Shown here one piece after another: positions 1 through 13,244 of a stretch of DNA of 64,000 bases (the stretch's first letter is position 1; every line of letters starts with the position of its first letter). This DNA is from Squalus acanthias (lineage: Eukaryota). The translations under genes and the position numbers were made by a program. The stretch covers positions 57,476,001 to 57,540,000 of the forward strand of contig CM059438.1 of assembly GCA_030390025.1 (NCBI GenBank), written 5' to 3'. The notes beneath the pieces are model-generated. The model saw only the letters and a program-made list of their open reading frames with translations, was not told the origin of the DNA and ran no database searches.

Positions 1-261
1 TGAACCTCCCCTTTAAGAACTGGAAACAGCCTGTGGCAATCATGACTTGCAATTAGACTGCATCTGATATTGGTCCACCCTTTGAGTGTAACGCCAATGA
101 GCTTGGGGTTAAAGACTTGAATTAGTGCTCGAATCATTTCTTTGAGCAGTGAGCATGAATTTTGCGTGCAGTATAAAGCATTAGCACCTGGCAGTAATTC
201 TCCAACTTTTCTAATTATACCGCCCATTCCTGGGCTACAATGAATTTCTAACACTTTATGA

Positions 262-2812
262 TTTTTTTTTAATTTGCTTTATGGGATCTGGGTGCCGCTG
301 GCAAGGCCAGCATTTATTGCCCATCCCTAGTTGCCCTTGAGAAGGTGGTGGTGAGCCGCCTTCTTGAACCGGTGCAGTCCATGTGGTGAAGGTACTCCCA
401 CAGTGCTGTTAGGTAGGGAGTTCCAGAATTTTGACCCAGCAACAATGAAGGATCAACGATATACTTCTAAGTCAGGATAGTGTGTGACTTGGAGGGGAAC
501 TTGGAGGTGGTGGTGTTCCCATGCGCCTGCTGCCCTTGTCCTTCTAGGTGGAAGAGGTCGCGGGTTTGGGAGTTGCTGCCGAAGAAGCCTTGGCAAGTTG
601 CTGCAGTGCATCTTGTAGACGGTACACACTGCAGCCACGGTACGCCGGTGGTGGAGGGAGTGAATGTTTAGGTGATGGATGGGGTGCCAATCAAACAGGT
701 TGCTTTGTCCTGGATGGTGTTGAGCTTCTTGAGTGTTGTTGGAGCTGCACTCATCCAGGCAAGTGGAGAGTATTCCATCACACTCCTTACTTGTGCCTTG
801 TAAATGGTGGAAAGGCTTTGGGGAGTCAGGAGGTGAGACACTCGTCACAGAATACCTAGCCTCTGACCTGCTCTCATTGCCACAGTATTTATGTGGCTGG
901 TCCAGTTAAGTTTCTGGTCAATGGCGACCCCCAGGATGTTGATGGTGGGGGATTCGGCGATGGTAATACTGTTGAATGTCAAGGGGAAATGGTTAGACTC
1001 TCGCTTGTTGGAGATAGTCATTGCCTGGCACTTCTGTGGCGCATATGTTACCTGCCACTTATCAGCCCAAGCCTGAACGTCGTCCAGGTCTTGTTGCATG
1101 CGGGCATGGACTACTTCATTATCTGAGGAGTTGTGAATGGCGCTGAACACTGTGCAGTCATCAGCGAACATCCCCTTTTCTGACCTTATGTTGGAGGGAA
1201 GGTCATTGATGAAGCAGCTGAAGATGGTTGGGCCGAGGACACTGCCCTGAGGAACTCCTGCAGCGATGTCCTGGGGCTGTGATGATTGTCCTTCAACCAC
1301 CACAACCATCTTCCTTTTTGCTAGGTATGACTCCAGCCAGTGGAGAGTTTTCCCCCTGATTCCCATTGACTTCAGTTTTACTTGGGCTCCTTGATGCCAC
1401 ACTCGGTCAAATGCTGCCTTGATGTCAAGGGCAGTCACTCTCACCATACCTCTGGAATTTAGCTCCTTTGTCCATGTTTGGACCAAGGCTGTAATGAGGT
1501 CGGGAGCAGTGTGGTCTTGGCGGAACCCAAACTGGGCATCAGTGAGCAGGTTATTGGTGAGTAAGTGCCGCTTGATAGCACTGTCAATTACACTTTCCAT
1601 CACTTTGCTGATGATTGAGAGTAGACTGATGGGGCGGTAATTGGCCGGGTTGGATTTGTCCTGCTTTTTGTGGACAGGACATACCTGGGCAGTTTTCCAG
1701 ATTGTCGGATACATGCCAGTGTTGTCGCTGTACTGGAACAGCTTGGCTAGAGGCACGGCTAGTTCTGGAGCACACGGTTTCAGCACGATAGCCGGGATGT
1801 TGTCAGGGCCCATAGCCTTTGCTGTATCCAGTGCGCTCAGCCATTTCTTGATATCACTTGGAGTGAATCGAATTGGCTGAAGACCGGCTTCTGTGATGGT
1901 GGGGACCTCGGGAGTAGGCCGATATGTATCAGCCACTCGGTACTTCTGGCTGAAGATGGTTGCAAACGCTTCAGCTTTGTCTTTTGCACTCAGGTGCTGG
2001 GCTCCACCATCATTGAGGGTGGAGATATTCATGGAGCCTCCTCCTCCCGTTAGTTGTTTAATAGTCCACCACCATTCATGATTGGATGTGGCAGGACTGC
2101 AGAGCTTTGATTTGATCCATTGATTATGGGATCGCTTAGCCCTGTCTACAGCATGCTGCTTCCGCTTTTTAGCATGCATGTAGTCCTGTGTTGCAGCTTC
2201 CCCAGGTTGGCACCTCATTTTTAGGTACGCCTGGTGCTGCTCCTGGCATGCCCTTCTACACTCCTTATTGAACTAGGGTTGGTCCCCTGTCTTGGTGGTA
2301 ATGTAGAGTGAGGGATATGCCGGGCCATGAAGTTATAGATTGTGGTGGAATACATTTTTGCTGCTGCTGATGGCCCACAGCGCCTCATGGATGCCCAGTT
2401 TTGAGCTGCTAGTTCCGTTCTGAATCTATCCCATTTAGCACGGTGGTAGCGCCACACAACACGATGGAGGGTGTCCTCAGTGTGAAGACGGGACTTCGTC
2501 TCCACAATGACTGTGCGGTGGTCACTGCTACCAATACTGTCATGGACAGATGCATCTGCGGCAGGTAGATTGGTGAGGACGAGGTCAAGTAGGTTTTTCC
2601 CTCGTGTTGGTTCTCTCACCACCTATCGCAGGCCCAGACTGGCAGTTATGTCCTTCAGGGCTCGGCCAGCTCGGTCAGTAGTGGTACTACCGAGCCACTC
2701 TTGGTGATGGACATTGAAGTCCCCCAACCAGAGTACAGTCTGTGCCCTTGCTACTCTCAGTGCTTCTTCCAAGTCGTATTCAACATGGAGGAGTACTGAT
2801 TCATCAGCTGAG
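262..2812 (-). mobile_element. 5'-truncated non-LTR retrotransposon (CR1/L2-group LINE) with frameshifted APE-RT and poly(A) tail
   Basis: APE motifs GDFN, LDLVL and SDH (2221-2800). RT motifs [29 protein letters not shown] and FADD (845-2218). T-run at 262-270. Confidence 0.9.
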
Positions 2813-2859
2813 GGAGACCACTTTAACAGAAACTTTACATAAATATTAGATAAAACACC

Positions 2860-3585
2860 CAATTGGCTATGCATGTGTGTTGTTAGTTGGTATGATTGCA
2901 CTAGGATGAGGGTGCGTGTGACGGGTGGCTAGTGAGATGGGGATGTGATAATGTAGATAGAGAGAGAGGGATGGGTGGACGTGCAAGGTATGTTGGTATA
3001 GGGATGTGCAGGAGTAGGGTAGGGAAGGCAGAGTGATGGGGATGTGATGAGAGCCACAGCAGGATGAAGTTGAGTGTGGCTTTGTACTAACATTTCCTGC
3101 TCGAATGAGATAATTGAAAGGTTTGCGGCACTGCACCGAGGTCCTCCTGAACACATTCCTGCTTGCGACCTCCTCTGCAATCTGCAACCATCGGAAAGGA
3201 AGAGGACCTCCCTGCGTGCTCTAACTCCCTCCATAAGCATATGGAGGGAGTCATCGGAGAACCTGGGTGCAGCCTTCTGCCTCTGTGCTGTTATTGTCAG
3301 CGTTTGCAGCACTCCTATGCTCTAGTACACTGACAGCACTATGTTAGATTAAACGTCAAATGTAATGTGGCCATGGTCCCTTTAAAGATCCCGGCTGAAA
3401 GTGCATCATGACTGACGTTACCAGACCCGCTCCATTTAATTGGGCCGGGTAACGCGCTGAACGGGCTTAATAGGCCCTATTAACATAAGTTAGTTTTCAG
3501 CAGCGGGATGGAGCCAGCAGCGGGGTCGTGACCCGCCATGGCCACCGCCCGCACTGGACCCGCCGAGGTTGGCAAAATTCCGGCC
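2860..3585 (-). mobile_element. PIF/Harbinger fragment: Myb/SANT-like first exon plus terminus
   Basis: QRQKAAPRFSDDSLHMLMEGVRARREVLF and QCRKPFN are homologous to 30059-30298. TIR-like end gcaaaattccggcc at ~3572-3585. Confidence 0.75.
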
Positions 3586-4011
3586 AAAGTATTCATTAAG
3601 AACCATACCCACATCTTCTGCCTCCACACACAAGCTTCCTTTTTGGTCTCTAACAGGCCTTACTCTTTCTTTAGATTTCCTCTTGCTCTTTATTAAACTT
3701 ATAAAACATCTTTGGGTTTTCCTTGCCAATATTTTTTCATGCCCTCCCTTTGCTTTCCTAACTTCCTTTTTAATTTCATCCCTGCACTTTCTATACTCTT
3801 CTCGGGTTTCTGCAGTATTTAGCTCTCGGTATCTGACATAAGCTTCTCTTTTTTGCCAATATATTCAAGAAGGAGTTAGATATATTTCTTAAGGCTAAAG
3901 GGATCAAGGGATATGGGGAGAAAGCAGGGACAGGGTACTGAATTTGGATTAACAACAGAAAACGCTGGAAAAACTCAGCAGGCCAGGCAGCATCCGTGGA
4001 GAGAGAAAGAG

Positions 4012-4048
4012 AGTTGACGTTTCAGGTCGATGACCTTTCATCAGAACT
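4012..4048 (-). ncRNA. Minimal type I hammerhead ribozyme in Penelope pLTR (sense to the ORF)
   Basis: Minus strand reads AGTT-CTGATGA-A-AGGTC-ATC-GACCT-GAAAC-GTC-AACT: core boxes, stem II and stem I. Confidence 0.8.
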
Positions 4049-5738
4049 GGGAAGAGCTGGAAATCAAATAGATTTAAGGCCAGGGTAAAGCTGGGAAAAG
4101 GGGGAGGGGATAAAGGAACAAAGGAGGAGATGAAGAGACATTAAGAGACATTAAGAGATATGCAAGGCTAGAGGTGGTGTTAATGTGACAGATTAAGGCT
4201 GAATGAAGTGTGAAATCCACTGGCAGAATGAAGGACAGCTGCCAGCTTCATGGAGGAAAAAAAAAGGTGGGGGGGACAAATAAAAGGGTGGATAAAATAA
4301 AATATAAATGTGATTGGAGCTGAGGTTATGAGCTAAAATTGTTGAACTCGATATTGAGTCCAGAGGGCTGTAGCGTGCCTAAACGAAAGATGAGGTGCTG
4401 TTCCTCGAGCTTACGCTGAGCTTCCGTGGAACAGTGTAATAGGCCGAGGACGGTGAGGTCAGAGTGGGAGTGAAGCGGTGAATTAAAGTGACAGGCCACC
4501 GGGAGCTCGGGGTCCCCCTTACGGACTGAACGGAGGTGTTCCGCAAAGCGGTCACCCAATCTGCGTTTGGTCTCCCCAATGTAGAGGAGTCCACATCGTG
4601 AGCAGCGAATACAGTATACTAAATTGCAGGAAGTACAAGTAAATCGCTGTTTCACCTGGAAGGGGTGTTTGGGGCCCTGGACAGTGGGAAGAGGGGAGGT
4701 ATAAGGGCATGTGTTGCATCTCCTGCGCGTGCACGGGAAGGTGCCGGGCGAAGGGGAAGGGGTGCTGGGGGTGGTAGAGGAGTGGACTAGGGTGTCGCGG
4801 AGGGAGCGGTCCCTGCGGAATGCTGAAAGGGGAGGTGAGGGGAAGATGTGTTTGGTGGTGGGATCACGCTGGAGGTGGCGGAAATGGCGGAGGATGATCC
4901 GTTGAATGTGGAGGCTGGTGGGGTGAAAGGTGAGGACAAGGGGAACCCTATCGTGGTTCCGGGAGGGAGGGGCAGGGGTGAGGGCAGATGTGCGGGAGAT
5001 AGAACGGACACGGTCGAGGGCCGTGTCGACCACGGTAGAGGGGAATCCTCGGTTGAGGAAAAAGGAAGACATGTCGGAAGCACTGGTATGGAAGGTGGCA
5101 TCATCAGAGCAGATGCGGCGGAGACGGAGAAACTGGGAGAATGGAATAGAGTCCTTACAGGAGGCGGGGTGGGAGGAAGTGTAGTCCAGGTAGCTGTGGG
5201 AGTCGGTGGGCTTGTAGTGAATGTTAGTCAATAACCTATCCCCAGAGATGGAGATGGAGAAGTCGAGGAAGGGAAGGGAAGAGTCGGAGATGGACCATGT
5301 GAAGGTGAGGGAAGGGTGGAAATTGGAAGCATAGTGAATGAAATGTTCTAGTTCAGGGCGAGAGCAGGAGACGGCACCGATACAGTCATCAATGTACCGG
5401 AAAAAGAGGTGAGGGAGGGGACCCGAGTAGGACTGGAACAAAGAGTGTTCCACATATCCCACGAAAAGGCAGGCATAGCTAGGACCCATGCGGGTCCACC
5501 CTTTTATTTGTCCCCCCCACCTTTTTTTTTCCTCCATGAAGCTGGCAGCTGTCCTTCATTCTGCCAGTGGATTTCACACTTCATTCAGCCTTAATCTGTC
5601 ACATTAACACCACCTCTAGCCTTGCATATCTCTTAATGTCTCTTAATGTCTCTTCATCTCCTCCTTTGTTCCTTTATCCCCTCCCCCTTTTCCCAGCTTT
5701 ACCCTGGCCTTAAATCTATTTGATTTCCAGCTCTTCCC

Positions 5739-5775
5739 AGTTCTGATGAAAGGTCATCGACCTGAAACGTCAACT
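5739..5775 (+). ncRNA. Minimal type I hammerhead ribozyme in the inverted pLTR copy
   Basis: AGTT CTGATGA A AGGTC ATC GACCT GAAAC GTC AACT. Predicted cleavage after C5771. Confidence 0.8.
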
Positions 5776-7129
5776 CTCTTTCTCTCTCCACGGATGCTGC
5801 CTGGCCTGCTGAGTTTTTCCAGCGTTTTCTGTTGTTATTTCGGATTTCCAGCATCCGCAGTATTTTGCTATCGTACTGAATTTGGATGATCAGCCATGGT
5901 CTCATTAAATGGCGGTACAGGCTCGAGGGGCCGAATGGCCTACTCCTGCTCCTATCTTCTATATTTCTATGTTTCTATATCCTACCTATATGCCCCTTGA
6001 CCTCCAGGGGGTTTTAGATTTGGGAGTCCCACCCTTTTTCTTTGAAAGAGCATATTTGCTCTGAACCCTCACTATCTCCTCCTTGAATGCCTTCAACTGC
6101 TCTGACACTGATTTACCTTCAAGCAGCTGTTTCCAGTCCACTTTTGCTAAATCACATCTTAGCTTAGTAAAATTGGCCTTTCCCCAATTGAGAACTTTTA
6201 CTTCTGATCTATCTTTGCCCTTTTCTGTAACTGCACTAAATCTAACTGAATTATGATCACGACCACCAAAATGCTCTCCCACTGATACCCCTTCCACCTG
6301 CCCAGCTTCATTCTCTAAAACTAAGTCCAGAACCGCCCCTTCTCTTGTTGGGCTTGCTACGTACTGGCTAAAAACGTACTCCTGAATGCATTTTAAGAAT
6401 TCTGCTCCCTCTAAACCGTTCACACTGATTCTATTCCAGTTAATGTTAGGGTAGTTGAAATCCCCTACTATTACTGGTCCATTGTTTTTGCACTTCTCAG
6501 AAATTTGCCTACATATTTGCTCTTCTATCTCCCTCTGACTATTTGGGGGTCTATAGTACACTCCCAACAGTGTAATTGCCCTTTTTTTCTTCAGTTCGAC
6601 ACATATGGCCTCATTTGATAATCCTTTTAACACATCATCCCTTCTCACAGCTGTAATTGGTTCTTTAACCAGTATTGCGTACCCCCTCCTTTTTTATCCC
6701 CCTCACTATCTCGTCTGAAAACCCTGTAACCAGGAATGTTGAGCTGCCATTCCTGCCCTTCATTCAGCCATGTTTCAGTAATAGCTACGATATCATACTT
6801 CCACATGTCTATCTGTGCCCTCAGCTCATCTGCCTTATTCACTAGACTCCTTGCATTGAAGTAAATACCATTAAGCACTGCCAAATCCCTTTGTTGTCTA
6901 TTTTCTAGCCTTTGTTTCCTCTGCCTTCCAAACTCACTTACTAATTTACTGCCTTCCATTTCCAGCTTTGCTTTTCTCCCTTCTGATTCTACCCTCAGGT
7001 TCCCATCCCCCTGCCAAGCTAGTTTAAACCCTCCCCAACAGCACTCGCAAACTCCCCTGCGAGGATATTGGTCCCGGCCCTGTTGAGGTGCAACCCTTCT
7101 GGCTTGATCAGGTCCCACCTCCCCCACTC

Positions 7130-8360
7130 TTATTGCAATCAGATCTAGGAGGGATACAAAACTAGACTTGGGCGTTCATCATCCCACTGATGTGCAGCAA
7201 GGTGCTCTCCAGCTCTTTGCTAGCAGGGAAGTGCGGGTGGCCCATGAGAGTGATGATGATGAGAGGGGACAAGGAAGTGGGCGCCCTGCTCAAAGCGCTC
7301 CCACTTCTCCCCCATTGCCTCCCACATGCTTCCTCGGATCCCGATGGCCAAATCTGCCCCTGCACAGGTGCAGGAGGAGCAGTCTTTGGTGGGGCCCTCA
7401 CAGTCTCCAAAACCCAGAGGACATCCGCCAAAAGTGTCCAAGCAGTGAGAGCAGGGAAGTGAGCAGCCTGCCTCGACCTCTGCTGAAGTCACAGGGGGGT
7501 GCACTTCGTAGGAGTAGCAGGAAAAGAAAAATGACACAATTGTTGATGCACAAGGGTATGCACATGGGCGGGTTACACAATGTTAGACGGTTAAATTTCA
7601 GTTGTATTTATGAGCCACATAAATTCATTTATTTGCACCACTTTCCCATTTTGTCCATTTTTGCTTGCTACCTGGGAGTGGCCTTGTCAGTTGGAGTGAA
7701 TGGTAAGACATTACTTAACCTCGAGCAGTGGGTGGTGTGTGTGACAGGAATGGTTTGGTCATTTTAGGACTGCTTTGTGGTTTGCTGGGGGTGTGGTGGT
7801 GGTGGGGGGGAGGGCGGAATTTGGTTCAGCATCTGGGTGCCATAAGGGTGCACTGGTGCAACTTAACTAAATCGTGCTATTATGAGTTCATCCCAGGCCT
7901 CCCGGGCAGCAATGTGCGCCGCTGCTGGTGCCATCTCCACCTCAGGTTCCTCCTCCTCGTGTTCCACCTGCTCCTTCTCCTTATCTTCCTCCGAAGATGC
8001 ATCTGTGTGCGGCCGACTGCAAGATCCTGGAAATGTCTGCTGCAGATCCCTGGAAAGAGCCTGAGGTGAAGAAGTTGAGGGTGGTCGTCTACCAGGTCCT
8101 CTGGGCAGCAGGTCTGGTTCCAGCAAACTACAAATGTCTGCCACGACCTGATGCGATAGCCTGAGCCTCCTGAAGCACTGCTGTTCAATCATGTACAGGA
8201 AGCTGATCCTCTGCCTATATATGCTGTGTTGGGGGTTTCACCTCCAGCGAGGTGCACCCCTGTGCTCATCCCCTCTCTCCTGTGGAGCAGCAGGTCAGTG
8301 AGAAGGCTGCTGCTGCTGGGGCTCACCTTGGTCTGAATCTGAGGTCCAAGGTGAAACAGC
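7130..8360 (-). mobile_element. Internally deleted PIF/Harbinger fragment (transposase N- and C-termini on minus, Myb-gene tail on plus)
   Basis: [24 protein letters not shown] and [20 protein letters not shown] are homologous to 26570-27584. 7160-7500 is homologous to 27880-28215 in inverted orientation. Confidence 0.8.
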
Positions 8361-10079
8361 ATAAGAACATAAGAAATAAGAGCAGCAGTAGGCCATTTAA
8401 TGAGATCATGGCTGATCTGATCTTCGGCTCAGCTTCATCTCCCTGCCCACTCCCCATAACCCATCACTCCCTTATTGTTCAAAAATCTGTCTATCTCCAC
8501 CTTAAATATATTCAATGACCCAGCCTCCACAGCTCTCTGGGGCAGAGAATTCCACAGATTAACAACCAGAGAGAAGAAATTCCTCCTCATCTCAATTTTA
8601 AATGGGCGACCCCTTATTCTGAAACTATGCCCCCTAGTTCAAGATTCCCCATGAGGGAAAACATCTTCTCTGCATCTAGCCTGTCAAGTAGATAAGCGGC
8701 ACTCATGCTGATCTGATAGATGCCAGGTGAAGTGGCGATCAGAGGCAGTGGTTCCCCACAATTCCCAGTATGTTCTTTGTGTCAGGCTCCATGTTGCTGA
8801 GTGTTATTTGGTTTCATGTTGCGTTGACATCTGATTTGCTCAAACAGGTTGCAGTAAAATAGTGACAATATCACCTTCTCAGTGAACGAGGGATGGACAA
8901 TTAATGCCGGCCTTACCAGCAATGCCCACATCCCGAGAATTAATATAAAAAGGGACCAGTCTATTAATTTACGTTAGAGGGTCTCCTGAAAGATCAATGG
9001 CATATTGGTCTCAGTAGTACTGGGCTCACTTCACGACTGGTGTTTTGAAATTTTCATTAGTTAAAGGACCGACAATTAAGAGCTCACTCTAATGTCTCAT
9101 GGAAAGGCCAGTATCTTCAAAACAGTGCTCCATGTCACTGCACTCGCACCACTCTATACTACCAGTGACAGGATTGCTCCCTGGGGCAGCCAGTGCCTTT
9201 TGCTGTTTCACATTTACACATGAAAGGACTCAACACAAGTATTAACCTAATAATTAGTTACCATTGTGACAATATTTTGTGAAATATAGGTTTTCAAACT
9301 GGGTTCTTGCTATCTAGGGTGTCTCTGAGGTCAAACGTTGGTCTGTCTGTTGTCAGATTGCTGAATTGTTCTTTTTTGGTTGACTAACCAGCATATAATT
9401 TCACTCCTATTACATGTTTCTGCAACACTAGCTCTGTTTTCATTTGGTAGCTAACACTGTCCCCAAGAGAGCTACTATGTAAATGGGGTTCCCAGGGGTG
9501 TGCTATTATTTACAGAGGGCCACAGGAGTGTGTTAATATTTGCAGGAGTTCCTCAGAAGCAGGTCACCAGCGCTATAAAAAAGTTGCAGCATATGTACAC
9601 TATTGAGTAATAGGTTTCATTTTCTGGGAATCAAGGAGGCAAGTGAAGAATCACTGGGGTAAATTTTCAATTTGTCGCCCGGGCATGAAACTAGGCATCT
9701 CTGTTTCAATCATTAACTCTGGTAGTGCATTCCATGCCTCACAACCCTAGGTTTCTCCCTACTTCCTGTCCTTTATCTCTTACATTTAATCTTATATCTA
9801 TGACCCCTCATTCTAGACCCCACAACTATAGGAAGCAGTTTGTTTCTATCTACTCTGTCCCATCTCTTCATAACTTTAAACACCTCAATCAAATCACCCC
9901 TGTAATCGCTTCTGTTGCAATGAAAACTGACACAATTTTTCAAGTTTTTCTTTGTATTTGCTTCTTATCATAACAAAAGCAAACCAGTTACTAATCATCG
10001 TTAATACAAAAATTCACAGCACATCTGAACTAGAGGAGCCATTGGCTAAAGGGAGTGGAATATGAGAAAATAAGATAAT

Positions 10080-11277
10080 GGGCCGGAATTTGCTGTCAAA
10101 ATAACGATGAAGCTAATGGTGGTCGCCGCTATTAATGCATAAAAGGTACAGCAACTACAGATGAGGAGCTGATGCGCGGATAAAAAGCGAATTTCCAAAT
10201 TTTGCTGTCCGAGTTGAACCCCACCCACCTTAAACATTCACTCCCTCCACCACTGGCGCACTGTGGCTGCAGTGTGTAACATCTACAAGAGGCGCTGCAG
10301 CAACTCGCCGAGGCTTCTTTGGCAGCACTTCCCAAACCCGCGACCTCTACCACCTAGAAGGACAAGGGCAGCAGGCGCCTGGGAACACCATCACCTCCAA
10401 GTTCCCTTCCAAGTCACACACTATCCTGACTTGGAAGTATATCACCGATCCTTCATCATTGTTGGGTTAAAATCCTGGAATTCCCTCCCTAACAACACTG
10501 TGGGAGTACCTTCACCACACGGATTGCACCGGTTCAAGAAGGCGGCTCACCACCACCTTGTCAACGGCAATTAGGGATGGATAATAAATGCTGGCCTTGC
10601 CAGCAAAGCCCACATCTCATGAATGAATAAAAAAAAACTCTGCTGTTAGCTTCGTGAAAACAGCATTTCGCTGTCTGCCTCACCATTGAAGTGCATTGAA
10701 TGTCATAAAGTTGCTGCTGTTGCGCGATAGATACGAACTAAACACGTTGCAGATTTTTAGGGCTAGTAATTATTAGTGTAAGTACCCTTTTAACAACATC
10801 ATAATTGTTAATTACTGCCAACGGCAATGAAAATTAACTATGACAAGTGTGGAGTCTCAATCCCTCAAGGTTTGAATTTTTTGGGGAGATCTAAAACATT
10901 TTAAATATAAAATTTGTTTTTCTTACTTTTCCTTTCTGTCTTTTTTTTTCTCTCTCTCATAATCCAATATTTCTTTCCCTCTCTTTATTTCTTTTTCTGT
11001 TACTGATTTGACATTGAATTCACCCCCTTTAATTATCCCTCCTTCTCAGTCCTTCCACTGTTTATTTCCCAATCCCTAAATCTCATTGGTTAAGGAGATA
11101 CCCTGTTGGTTGTCCTATTCACTCAGCTCCCAGATGCCCTGTTTCCCTCATTGCGCCATTATCAGCTCGCACTTCCAGTAACTTTGTGGGCACAAATGGT
11201 TTGAGCTGAAGGGTGCAGGGGGAAGTCTAACTAACAGCAGACACTGTTAGATGCCCTGCTATAGCAAAATCAGGCCA
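10080..11277. mobile_element. Non-autonomous Harbinger-like TIR element containing a LINE 3' fragment (10222-10637, +)
   Basis: Ends gggccggaatttgctg and tagcaaaatcaggcc. The insert is homologous to the 3' end of the LINE at 262-680 and has an A-tail. Confidence 0.65.
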
Positions 11278-11302
11278 ATAAACAAAATAGGAAATATCTC
11301 AC

Positions 11303-11329
11303 CTCTGTTGATTATCTTGATTGTCAGCT
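11303..11329 (-). CDS. 27-nt micro-exon (type A), phase 2/2, encodes ADNQDNQQ
   Basis: Minus strand reads ttaatttttatttctag|AGCTGACAATCAAGATAATCAACAGAG|gtgagat. Confidence 0.8.
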
Positions 11330-11435
11330 CTAGAAATAAAAATTAACATGTTAGATGATAAGAAACCAACTACTAAAATCAGTTTACAGCAAACTGAAAT
11401 GATGTCTCATTATAACACTCTCTGGTACATAACAG

Positions 11436-13175
11436 GGGACTCAAGGCGGATAAATCACCTGGACCTGATGGCTTACATCCTAGAGTCTTGAAGGAAGTGG
11501 CGGTAGGGATTGTAGATGCATTGGTAATAATTTTTCAAAACTCCCTGGATTCCGCTAAGGTCCCGGCAGACTGGAAAACTGCTAATGTAACACCCTTATT
11601 TAAAAAGGGCAGTAGACAGAAGGCTGGTAACTATAGACCGGTTAGCCTAACATCTGTGGTAGGTAAAATTTTGGAGTCCATTATTAAGGAAACAGTAACA
11701 GGACATTTGGATAATCATAATTTAATAGGACAAAGTCAGCATGGTTTTACGAAGGGGAAGTCATGTTTGACAAATTTGCTGGAGTTCTTTGAGGAAGTAA
11801 CATATAGAGTGGATAAAGGGGAACCAGTGGACGTAGTGTATTTAGACTTCCAAAAGGCATTTGACAAGGTGCCACACAAAAGATTATTGCTTAAGGTAAA
11901 AAATCACGGGATTGGGGGTAATATTCTGGCATGGATAGAGGATTGGCTATCTAACAGAAAGCAAAGAGTTGGGATAAATGGTTCATTCTCAGACTGGCAA
12001 TCAGTAACTAGTGGTGTTCCACAGGGGTCAGTGCTGGGTCCCCAACTCTTCACAATCTATATTAACGATTTGGAGGAAGGGACCAAGTGTAACATATCAA
12101 AATTTGCAGATGATACAAAGATGGGAGGGAAAGTAGTGAGTGAGGAGGACATAAAAAACCTGCAAGGGGACATAGACAGGCTAAGTAAGTGGGCAGAGAT
12201 TTGGCAGATGGAATACAACACTGGAAAGTGTGAGGTGATGCACTTTGGCAGGAAAAATCCAAGAGCAATTTATTATCTTAATGGCAAGAAACTGGAGAGT
12301 ACTGAAGTGCAAAGGGATCTGGGGGTCCTGGTGCACGAAACTCAAAAGGTTAGTATGCAGGTGCAGCAAGTGATTAAGAAGGCAAATGGAATGTTGGCTT
12401 TCATTGCTAGGGGGATAGAATATAAAAATAGGGAGGTATTGCTTCAGTTGTACAAGGTATTGGTGAGACCGCACCTGGAATACTGCATACAGTTTTGGTG
12501 TCCTTACTTAAGGAAAGACATCCTTGCTCTCGAAGCAGTGCAAAAAAGGTTCACTCGGTTAATCCCGGGGATGAGGGGGTGGTCATATGAGGAGAGGTTG
12601 GGTAGATTGGGACTCTACTCATTGGAGTTCAGAAGAATGAGAGGCGATCTTATTGAAACATATAAGATTGTGAAGGGGTTGGATCGGGTGGATGCGGGGA
12701 GGATGTTCCCGATGACGGGTGAGACGAGAACTAGGGGACATAGTCTTAGAATAAGGGGCTGCTCTTTCAAAACTGAGATGAGGAGGAACTACTTCACTCA
12801 GAGGGTGGTAGGTCCATGGAATATGCTGCCACAAAAAGCTGTAGAAGCTACAACATTAATTAAATTTAAAACAGAAATAGACAGTTTCCTAGAAGTAAAG
12901 GGCATTAAGGGTTACGGGGAGCGGGCAGGAATTTGGACATGAGTCTAGGTTCGGATCGGTCATGGCCCTGTGGGTAGTGGAGCGGGCCCAGGGACTGTGT
13001 AGCCTGATTCTGCTCCTATTTCGTGTGTGCAATTCTGTTAGATGCAGGAGATGGTTCTGTGATAGATAGTAGATTGGCGGTTAGGATCAGATCAGCCATG
13101 ATCTTATTGAATGGCGGAGCAGGCTCGAGGGGCCGATTGGCCTACTCCTGCTCCTATTTCTTATGTTCTTATGTT
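11436..13175 (+). mobile_element. Young 5'-truncated CR1 LINE (intact RT ORF 11488-12942)
   Basis: RT motifs and (TTCTTATG)n tail. Almost identical to 34980-36716. Confidence 0.95.
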
Positions 13176-13244
13176 AAGGCAATGGCGGTAGCCTTAATGA
13201 CATCCCTATAAAATGAGGCAGAGAGGCTTGAGGCCAGCAATATT

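Larger units (their letters stand above)
3950..5872 (-). mobile_element. Penelope-like retroelement, 5'-truncated, with inverted pseudo-LTR and 15-bp TSD
   Basis: ORF 4326-5537 has RT RYIDD and GIY-YIG (LVYCIRCSRCGLLYIGETKRRLGDRFAEH). Inverted repeat 3950-4292 / 5495-5837. TSD GTACTGAATTTGGAT at 3935-3949 and 5873-5887. Confidence 0.93.
3857..5978 (+). mobile_element. Short CR1 3' end (3857-3949 plus 5873-5978) interrupted by Penelope
   Basis: Near-identical to the CR1 3' end at 21770-21947, including the (TTTCTATG)-like tail. Confidence 0.85.
3586..7125 (-). mobile_element. Degenerate CR1 LINE (ORF1 end plus APE region) split by a nested CR1 3' end and a Penelope element
   Basis: YFNARSL, DIVAITETWL, YRPP, GDFN and LDLVL in ORFs 5986-7127. 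Continuation VGMVLNEYF at 3586-3855. Confidence 0.85.
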
